The translations under genes and the position numbers were made by a program. Source: an uncultured archaeon (lineage in GTDB: Archaea; Asgardarchaeota; Heimdallarchaeia; Heimdallarchaeales; Heimdallarchaeaceae). Taken from it: a stretch of DNA of 13,934 nucleotides. The first letter of the stretch is position 1. Every line of letters starts with the position of its first letter. Positions 1 to 8,000 of this stretch are shown here, in pieces. The notes beneath the pieces are model-generated. The model ran no database searches and was not told where the DNA came from. It saw only the letters and a list, made by a program, of their open reading frames with translations. The stretch lies in NCBI GenBank assembly GCA_964549075.1, contig CAZJUB010000070.1, positions 1-13,934 on the forward strand, in the 5' to 3' direction.

Positions 1-26
1 AAACAAAGAAATACAAGAAACAAACA

Positions 27-242
27 TCAAAATAGAAAAAAACCGAATGCAGTAAAAGTAATTAAAAATTTTGTGGGATGTTCTTCTTTTGACTCTTGTT
101 GTTTTTCATGAATAAGCGTGGAAGATGGTTTTTGGAAAGAAGTTAGAACATCAGCAGGAAATTTATACCCACAAGAGGAACAGTATGGATTATAATTTTC
201 ATTCACAGTTCCACAACTTGGACAATAAAGAACTTTACCCAT
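27..242 (-). CDS. Small zinc-ribbon protein with hydrophobic C-terminus (possibly truncated or frameshifted membrane protein)
   Basis: Two CxxC knuckles (YCPSCG...YCSSCG) at the N-terminus, a polar linker, then a short hydrophobic stretch FLITFTAFGFFLF ending in TGA just after a T7 run. A TATA-like element lies ~30 nt upstream. Confidence 0.7.
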   Translation of the reverse strand: MGKVLYCPSCGTVNENYNPYCSSCGYKFPADVLTSFQKPSSTLIHEKQQESKEEHPTKFLITFTAFGFFLF

Positions 243-265
243 AATAGTACATCTTCTGTTCTAAA

Positions 266-283
266 CTATAAAAAATTTCTCAA
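266..283 (-). promoter_or_regulatory. Putative archaeal BRE/TATA promoter for the zinc-ribbon gene
   Basis: Minus strand reads GAGAAATTTTTTATAG. TTTATA sits about -31 to -26 from the ATG at 242, the spacing expected for a leaderless or short-leader archaeal transcript. Confidence 0.45.
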
Positions 284-294
284 GAAAAAGCATC

Positions 295-330
295 ATATAA
301 CAATTTTTATATATAACACAAATTTGATAT
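295..330 (+). promoter_or_regulatory. TATA box (TTTATATA 306-313) with overlapping candidate PadR operator(s)
   Basis: 295-312 ATATAACAATTTTTATAT is an 18-bp palindrome with one mismatched pair. ATATAACA recurs at 295 and 311. It lies directly upstream of padR. The AT-rich context lowers its significance. Confidence 0.45.
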
Positions 331-883
331 GGTTGTGAATCCGATTTTACCACCAACTAAGATTCTTGATTCTCTTATACTTATGGAAATAGTACGTAAA
401 GGGCCATCTCACGGATATGCTCTAGCTAATGAAATTGAAGAGCAGTTCGGTTGGACACCTAGTCAAACTGCAATTTATAATTCTTTAAAGTCCATGGAAA
501 GTTCAGGATGGGTTTCATCAGAAGAACGAATTGAAAGTGGAAGAGTACAAAAAATCTATTCAATCACAAAGGAAGGAGAAGAGCATTTTGAAGAGACACA
601 CCAAATTATGAAAAAACAGATGATGAAGAATTTCAGAAGATTCTTTTCATTCATGCAAATGGTCGGTGATATCGAAAGCTCAGAAGAATCTAAGGCATTT
701 CAAAACAGGATACATAATGCTTTAGAAAAGATGAAAAACATTTCTTATTTAACTCTAGCATTACTAAAAGAAGCTCCTAAAGAAACTGAAACAGCTATTG
801 AGGAGTATCTTACTACTTTGATAAAAATAGCAGAAAAAAACAGCATAGAATTACCAGATGAAGGAAGTAATTATCATGATTAG
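329..883 (+). CDS. PadR-family transcriptional regulator (long form, 184 aa)
   Basis: PadR wHTH motifs: ILMEIVRKGPSHGYALANEI, IYNSLKSMESSGWV, KIYSITKEGEEHF, then a helical C-terminal domain. An in-frame GTG at 335 is an alternative start that fits the TATA spacing better. Confidence 0.92.
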   Translation: MVVNPILPPTKILDSLILMEIVRKGPSHGYALANEIEEQFGWTPSQTAIYNSLKSMESSGWVSSEERIESGRVQKIYSITKEGEEHFEETHQIMKKQMMKNFRRFFSFMQMVGDIESSEESKAFQNRIHNALEKMKNISYLTLALLKEAPKETETAIEEYLTTLIKIAEKNSIELPDEGSNYHD

Positions 884-3116
884 ACTATTCAAATATCTAA
901 AACCTTACACACTAATGATCATAGTATCTATTGGATTATTATTTGCACAAGCTAACCTAGAATTAGCATTACCAGACTATCTTTCTGATATAGTTGATAC
1001 TGGTATCCAACAAGGAGGAGTAGAAAATGCTGTCCCAATAGCTATTCGTCAAACAGAAATGGACAGATTATTTATTTTTATAGACAGTGAAAATCAAACA
1101 GAAATTCTGAGTCATTATACACTGAAAGATGAAAATTCAACAGATTATAATGATTTGGTTGATACTTATCCGCTGCTTACAAATGAGTCCATCTATATTC
1201 GGGATAAGATGAAGAAGAGTGCGATAAATGATCTTGAGGGAATAATTATCAAACCTCTTGTAGTAGTTTTTACTCTTGAACAAGCACTAGCTAATCCTGC
1301 TAATTCTTCAATGATACTTGAACCATTTGGTTTTAATGAAACAACAGTACCTCCTGCTCCTGTATTCTTTAGTATTCTCAGTGCGTTACCAGCTCAGAAT
1401 TTAACCTTTATAGTACAAATGATATCTTCCAATTTCGAAGCAATAGGAGAAACTATGCTTGCTCAAGTTGGTGTAGTAGCAGTACGATTAGAATATGCAA
1501 TAATTGGAATGAATACTGACAAGATTCAGACATTATACTTACTCAAAGCGGGGGGATTGATGCTTCTCATGACGTTTTTAGCTGTTATTTGTACTATAGC
1601 TGTCAGCTATCTTGCTTCTAAAGTGTCTTCAGGGTGGACAAGAGATATACGAAGTAAACTATTTAACAGAGTAGAAAACTTCTCAAGCGTTGAATTTGAT
1701 GAATTTTCTACAGCTTCTTTGATCACACGTTCTACTAACGATATCACACAAATTCAGATGGCCATGTACATGATTTTGAGATTAGTGTTTTACGCGCCAA
1801 TATTAGGGATAGGGGGTATCATTCACGCTCTGGCAAAAAGCAGATCAATGTGGTGGTTAATAGGGTTAACGGTAGCAGTACTCATGGTACTTATCATAGT
1901 AGTGTTCTTTATCGCATTTCCTAAATTTAAGATTATACAAAAACTTACGGATAAACTGAATCTCGTAGCAAGAGAGAGTTTATCAGGTATGCTAGTAATT
2001 CGAGCGTTCAACATGGAAAAACATGAGGAACAACGATTTGATAAAGCAAATCTAGATATCACAGCAGTTACACTGTTTGTTACAAGAGTCTTTGTAATAA
2101 TGATGCCACTGATGATGGTTATCATGAATGGTTTGACTGTAGCGATCATTTGGGTAGGAGCTCATCAAGTAGCTGATGCAGCAATGCAGGTAGGAGATAT
2201 GATGGCTTTCATGCAATACGCAATGCGAATAGTGTTCTCTTTCCTTATGTTAACAATGATGTTCATAACTTTACCTCGAGCATTTGTAGCTGGAAATAGA
2301 GTATCTGAAGTAATCAGAACAGAACCAGTAATAAAAGATCCAACTGAACCGAAGAAGTTTTCAGAGCCATTTAAAGGTTCAGTTGAGTTTCGTGATGTCT
2401 CTTTTGCCTATCCAAAAGCTAAGAAAAATGTAGTCAATAATATAACATTCACTGCTAAACCTGGAGAAACCACTGCTTTTATTGGTCCCACAGGCTCAGG
2501 TAAAACCTCTATTATTAATCTAATTCCACGATTTTACGAAGTTTCCTCAGGGTCGATATTGATAGATGGAATAGATATTAGAGATGTAAAACAACATGAT
2601 CTTCGAGACAAGATTGGTTACATACCACAAAAAAGTACGTTATTTTCAGGAACTATTGAAACGAATATGTTGTTTGCGGATGAAAATGCAACTGAGCAGG
2701 AAGTACAGGAAGCTCTAGTAATAGCACAAGCATCTGACTTCGTTTCTGCAAAGGAAGAAGGGTTAGAGAGTGAAATCGCACAAGGGGGAACGAATGTTTC
2801 TGGTGGGCAGAAGCAGCGACTTTCAATCGCAAGAGCTCTGGTTAAGAAACCTCCCATCTATATCTTCGATGATAGTTTCTCACAATTAGATTTCAAAACA
2901 GATGCAGCACTACGAAAAGCTCTCCAAACTAAAACTGGAGATAGCACATTATTTATCATAACTCAAAGAGTTTCAACCATAAAAAATGCTGAACAGATTA
3001 TCGTTTTAGATGAAGGTAAAATGGTTGGAAAAGGAACACATGATGAATTAATGAGAGATTGTCCTATTTACCGGGAGATAGCTATCTCACAACTTGAACT
3101 GGAGGAAACATTATGA
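876..3116 (+). CDS. Heterodimeric type IV ABC exporter, fused TMD-NBD subunit with degenerate Walker B/switch (TM287/EfrA-like)
   Basis: Six-TM TMD; Walker A GPTGSGKT; canonical signature VSGGQKQR; Walker B IYIFDDS (catalytic Glu replaced by Asp); switch ITQR (His replaced by Gln). ATG 876 is preferred over 858 because it overlaps the padR stop region and follows AGGAAGT. Confidence 0.95.
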   Translation: MIRLFKYLKPYTLMIIVSIGLLFAQANLELALPDYLSDIVDTGIQQGGVENAVPIAIRQTEMDRLFIFIDSENQTEILSHYTLKDENSTDYNDLVDTYPLLTNESIYIRDKMKKSAINDLEGIIIKPLVVVFTLEQALANPANSSMILEPFGFNETTVPPAPVFFSILSALPAQNLTFIVQMISSNFEAIGETMLAQVGVVAVRLEYAIIGMNTDKIQTLYLLKAGGLMLLMTFLAVICTIAVSYLASKVSSGWTRDIRSKLFNRVENFSSVEFDEFSTASLITRSTNDITQIQMAMYMILRLVFYAPILGIGGIIHALAKSRSMWWLIGLTVAVLMVLIIVVFFIAFPKFKIIQKLTDKLNLVARESLSGMLVIRAFNMEKHEEQRFDKANLDITAVTLFVTRVFVIMMPLMMVIMNGLTVAIIWVGAHQVADAAMQVGDMMAFMQYAMRIVFSFLMLTMMFITLPRAFVAGNRVSEVIRTEPVIKDPTEPKKFSEPFKGSVEFRDVSFAYPKAKKNVVNNITFTAKPGETTAFIGPTGSGKTSIINLIPRFYEVSSGSILIDGIDIRDVKQHDLRDKIGYIPQKSTLFSGTIETNMLFADENATEQEVQEALVIAQASDFVSAKEEGLESEIAQGGTNVSGGQKQRLSIARALVKKPPIYIFDDSFSQLDFKTDAALRKALQTKTGDSTLFIITQRVSTIKNAEQIIVLDEGKMVGKGTHDELMRDCPIYREIAISQLELEETL

Positions 3117-5008
3117 GTCACGGACCAGGTCCTAGAGCAGCCGGAGGAAGACCCAGAGGTAGATCGAGAGGTCCAATGGGAGCAATGATGAAAGGAGATA
3201 AAGCTACTGATTTCACAGGAACAATGAAGAAACTCATCAAATATCTTGGCAGATACAAGATAGTAATTCTCATAGCAATAATCATTGCATCTGCTTCAAC
3301 AGCAGCGAATATCTTTGGTCCAAGAATTCTTGGTGATGCTACCACAGAATTATTCAATGGATTAATAGCGACAATTCAAGGAACAGGAGAGGTAGACTTC
3401 GTTGCAATAAGCAAATTATTGTACATAGTTCTTGCTCTCTATATTGGAGCCTCTCTACTTACGTATATCCAAGGTTGGATTATGGCTAATGTATCAACTA
3501 ATATTGCTTATCGATTCAGAAAAGATATTGCAGAAAAGATTAACAAAATGGAACTGAAATTCTATGATAAGACAACACAAGGTGAAGTCCTTTCATGGAT
3601 AACAAACGATGTTGATTTAATTAACCAAACTCTTAGTCAAAGTATAACACAAATAATCACTTCTGTGATCACTGTCGTAGGTGTGATGATTATGATGTTC
3701 ACCATTAGCTGGCAGATGACACTTCTAGCCTTAGTAATAATTCCAATATCTGCAGGAGTAGTAGGATTTATAGTGAAAAAATCTCAGAAACATTTCAATC
3801 AACGACAAGAGTACTTGGGGCATGTAAATAGCCATGTGGAAGAAATGTTTGGTGGCCATGTAGTAATGAAAGCTTTCAATGGTGAAGAACGAAGTCAAAG
3901 AGAATTTGAGAAATATAACACCACTTTGTATCAAGCTTTCTGGAAATCCCAATTTTATTCTGGATTGATGATGCCTATCATGAACTTTGTTGGGAATTTA
4001 GGTTATGTAGGCATTGCCATATTAGGTGGATGGTTATCAATTAAAGACTTATTGAGTGTTGGTGATATTCAAGCATTCATCCAATACGTTAGAACATTCA
4101 CTCAACCTATAGCACAGTTAGCTAATGTCTCTAATGTTCTGCAACAAACAGCTGCAGCAGCTGAAAGAGTATTCAACTTTATAGAAGAATCAGAAGAGGT
4201 AGCAGAAACAGAAAAACCGGTGAAATTAGAGAAAATACAAGGACACGTTGAATTCAAGAACGTTAAATTTGGTTATGATCCTGAGAAAATCATTATACAC
4301 AACTTCTCAGCTGAAGCCAAACCAGGACAGAAGATTGCAATAGTTGGTCCCACTGGCGCTGGGAAGACAACTATGGTTAAACTTCTTATGAGATTCTATG
4401 ATGTTAATGAAGGAGCTATCTTTGTTGATGGGAACAATATCTATGATTTCACTCGTGCCGATTTGCGAAATATGTTCGGGATGGTACTCCAAGATACCTG
4501 GTTGTTCAATGGTTCTATCCTGGAAAACATTCGTTATGGGCGACCTGAAGCTAATGATGCAGAAGTAGTCATGGCAGCTGAAGCAGCTTATGTAAACCAA
4601 TTTGTTGATACTCTTCCAGGTGGGTACCATATGGAAATTAACGAAGAAGTTACTAACATATCTGAAGGACAGAAACAACTTTTAACAATTGCAAGAGCAG
4701 TTTTAGCTAATCCGCCAATACTTATTCTCGACGAAGCGACAAGTTCAGTTGATACAAGAACAGAGATACTCATCCAAAAAGCTATGGATAAACTCATGAA
4801 GAATAGAACAAGTTTTGTGATAGCACATAGACTTTCAACTATTCGTAATGCAGACCTCATCTTGGTCATGAATGAAGGGGATATTATCGAACAAGGAACT
4901 CACAAAGAGTTACTAGCACAATGTGGATTCTATGCAGACCTATATAACAGCCAGTTTGATGTTGTAAACGGGTCAACTGAAGCTACAGCATTAGTAGATT
5001 GTGATTAA
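3113..5008 (+). CDS. Heterodimeric type IV ABC exporter, fused TMD-NBD subunit with consensus Walker B/switch (TM288/EfrB-like)
   Basis: Walker A GPTGAGKT; non-canonical signature ISEGQKQL; Walker B ILILDEA; H-loop IAHR; Gly/Pro/Arg-rich N-terminus typical of this subfamily. ATGA overlap with the upstream stop indicates translational coupling. Confidence 0.95.
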   Translation: MSHGPGPRAAGGRPRGRSRGPMGAMMKGDKATDFTGTMKKLIKYLGRYKIVILIAIIIASASTAANIFGPRILGDATTELFNGLIATIQGTGEVDFVAISKLLYIVLALYIGASLLTYIQGWIMANVSTNIAYRFRKDIAEKINKMELKFYDKTTQGEVLSWITNDVDLINQTLSQSITQIITSVITVVGVMIMMFTISWQMTLLALVIIPISAGVVGFIVKKSQKHFNQRQEYLGHVNSHVEEMFGGHVVMKAFNGEERSQREFEKYNTTLYQAFWKSQFYSGLMMPIMNFVGNLGYVGIAILGGWLSIKDLLSVGDIQAFIQYVRTFTQPIAQLANVSNVLQQTAAAAERVFNFIEESEEVAETEKPVKLEKIQGHVEFKNVKFGYDPEKIIIHNFSAEAKPGQKIAIVGPTGAGKTTMVKLLMRFYDVNEGAIFVDGNNIYDFTRADLRNMFGMVLQDTWLFNGSILENIRYGRPEANDAEVVMAAEAAYVNQFVDTLPGGYHMEINEEVTNISEGQKQLLTIARAVLANPPILILDEATSSVDTRTEILIQKAMDKLMKNRTSFVIAHRLSTIRNADLILVMNEGDIIEQGTHKELLAQCGFYADLYNSQFDVVNGSTEATALVDCD

Positions 5009-5024
5009 AACTTAGAGAACTAAG

Positions 5025-5057
5025 TTTTATTCTTCTTTTCTTTTAGTTCTTTTTTCT
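5025..5057 (+). terminator. Possible oligo-T terminator of the ABC operon, embedded in the 3' end of the convergent gene
   Basis: TTTTATTCTTCTTTTCTTTTAGTTCTTTTTTCT starts ~17 nt after the stop at 5008. Only 18 bp separate the convergent stops. Confidence 0.35.
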
Positions 5058-8000
5058 AAGCGTAAAGCAGCTAAAACTATCCTAACAGCTTTTTTTCTGA
5101 TGACTAACAGCTGTTCGTTTATCTCTTCTATAGACCTACGTTCTTTCAGCATATTTGTTAGAGTATCAACATCATCGTAGAGATAAACTTGATTACCTAA
5201 CAAAGCATTATCATCTTTTTCATTGACTAAAACTACTAAAGCTAAATTTTCAAATCCCCCTCTAGCATCTGCATTAGGGAGCTGGATACCATGTATAAAA
5301 CCCACCATACCTTCACGCGGAAGGATAATTGAACCGATTCTTCTCCTATCATGTTGTTCTTCAAAACCAAGGGAAGAGTAAGCTTGATCAGCTATCTTAA
5401 GTAAGAAATTATCCATACCTATAGCAAACCTATTGTTATAACGAGTATCTAAGTCATGATCACTTACCAATGGGATAGCTCCCCTTCGTTGATCAAAAAT
5501 ATTTAGGATTACACCAGGGTTAATGGTAGCTAGTTTTTCCATGATTTCGGATTCAGTAACTTCAATTATTACCTCATCAATAGGTGGAGAACGGGTAAGT
5601 TTGTAAACAACATAAGAGATAATCGCTGCTAATATAACGGCTCCAGCTATTATAATATACAACCAAGTAGATGATAAACCTGGAGGTTTGATCGCATTAA
5701 TAAAATCGTTAAAGTCTAATTGTCCAGAACCATAAATAGGACCAGTACCTAAATATTCTACAGAAATTGCGATATGGTCCATATCTGAAGTGATGAGAAA
5801 AGTTATCGTAGCAAAACCTGTTGAATTTGTATCACTATTAAAAGGTATAACATTATTGTAATCTGAAAAGGCAAAAACACCTCCTTTCTTGTTATAAATA
5901 TATATGTAAAAAACGAGTTCTTCGTTGATTATTGGAGCTCCAGTAAGACTTCGACTAAGTAGAGCAGAAATAACGACTGTATTCCCATAAGTTATGTTAT
6001 ATCCTGAAACAAAAATTTCTATTTCGATAGGGATTGAGAGAACATCAAACTCAAGAAGATAGGGACTATTCGTCTGTCCAAAATAATACATCGATTCGAC
6101 AAGTATTTCGAGAGTATAATGACCTTTTCCTGGAGTATTTGCTAAGGATGAATAAGTGAATTGATAGATGTAATTACCAAGATCTTGAAAATCAATATCA
6201 TCTAGCTTTGTACCATTAACATAGATATCTGAAATGTTTAGCAAGACTCCGATATCATTTCTGAAACTCATATTTACCACAATATCATTTTCATAAATAA
6301 CGCTTAATTCACTATCTGCTAAGATGGAAAGGGAACCTTCTTTCTTTAAAATGGAAAGATTGATAGTGACAGTGTGTTTTGCAGAATCACCAGCTGAAAA
6401 CTCAAAATCAAGTGAAGTCGTACTGATATTTGTACAATAAATTATAAACTGGAAAATTTGGCTAGTGATTGTATTATTAGTAATCAATAAATTGAGAGTA
6501 TTACTTAATTGCAGAATAGTTCTATTCCAGTAGAGATTAGGGATAGCTAAACCAGTGTTAAAATCAGAGATATTAATCATAAATTGAAAGACATCACTAT
6601 ATTCTAGATTATAGAGAGAACCATCTAAAATATCAGATGGATAAACAGCTTCAATGTGAATGTCGTCTATGTAAAAGAAATAAATAGTTTTGTTAGAATT
6701 AGGATGAGATCCGATAGTATCATCTTCAACTGTAACTGTAAGGTTGGCAAGACCATCATCAGTTAGAACAAAAATGTATGGTAAAGAGAGATTTAAGGAA
6801 TAATCAGATACTTCATTGTTCCAAGAATAAAGAAGAGAATCAAAGTCATCATTTTTACTTGCATCATACCAAATGGAAGTATTACCTCTGACAAGATATG
6901 GATTACTTTCAGAATTTTGAAATAGTTCTTCATAGGTAGAAGTATCTTCGTTGTAGACGTAAAGAGCAGGTAAAGGAGGAGTTTTATCTACAGTAAAAGT
7001 GAAGATATAGGTTTTACTATTTCCTACCAAATCAACCGCATTGATAGATAAAATAGAAGAACCATCAGAATAAGGAGCAGGTAATTTTAATTCGAAAATC
7101 CCAGAAGAATCGTATGAAACAGAAGCAGTTGCTGGAGAAAAGATATCCCAGCCATATTCAACATGTTCAATAGTACCGACTAGTATATCAGATACAGTGA
7201 ATCTTAAGCTAGTAAATGAATTAATTTTTGAATTATTGAAAGGCGTGGTAATAACTACATTTGGCGCAGCACCGTCAATAGTTAATTGAATTACATAAAC
7301 TGATTTATGGTTTAGTGAATCAGTAGCATTAATATATAAGACGCTTGTTCCTGATGAATAACTTAGGATAAAACTACCCAAAAAACTGACATTATAGGAT
7401 GCCCCCCAAGAATAAGTACTTAAAATAGATGGATCATCATCAGTAATTGAAACTATAATATTTGGATTTGCAGGTGCATAATTAACTCCTAATTTTGTTT
7501 GTAATCCTTCGATACTTAAAACATCAATAATAGGGGGAGTCATATCAATTGTAAAAGAAAATGAAGCAGAAGCGAGGTTTTGTGCAATATCTGTGACATA
7601 TAAGGTTAAAGTATATGTGCCTTCAGAGAAGAAGGAAAGTGCAAGTTCAAAAGGGCTAGAAAGACTGATATTTGTACCTCCATCTAAAGAATATTTAACA
7701 CTTAATTCAGTAGAAGAGATATTATTATCAGAGAGTGAAAATGTAAATATCTCATCAGTTGTATATCTCATATTGTTATAATCATAAATACTTGGATCAA
7801 TAATCGGAGCTTCTTTGTCAACAGTAAAGTAAAACGTGAATATTTTCTCGTTTTGTGGAATATCAAAAGTTCTTATTGTTAAGAAATGTACACCTATTGT
7901 GTTAGGTAATGAGTCAGAACCATTAAGTGTCAGAGTTGACCCTGTTATATTCACTCCAGTTTCTAATCCACCATTCCAATTATAGTAAACTGTAGTATTA

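Noticed and set aside
27-29. TGA readthrough or recoding (Trp/Sec) in the zinc-ribbon gene
   Set aside because: TGA is clearly used as a stop at 3114-3116 and 13659-13661, and no SECIS-like structure is visible.
2860-2975. Non-canonical Walker B (FDDS) and switch (TQR) suggesting an inactive ABC pseudogene
   Set aside because: This is the normal degenerate site of heterodimeric exporters, matched by the partner's ISEGQ signature.
1823-4869. Six antisense ORFs (73-123 aa) within the ABC genes
   Set aside because: They lie wholly opposite well-supported CDSs and have no recognisable motifs; they are shadow ORFs.
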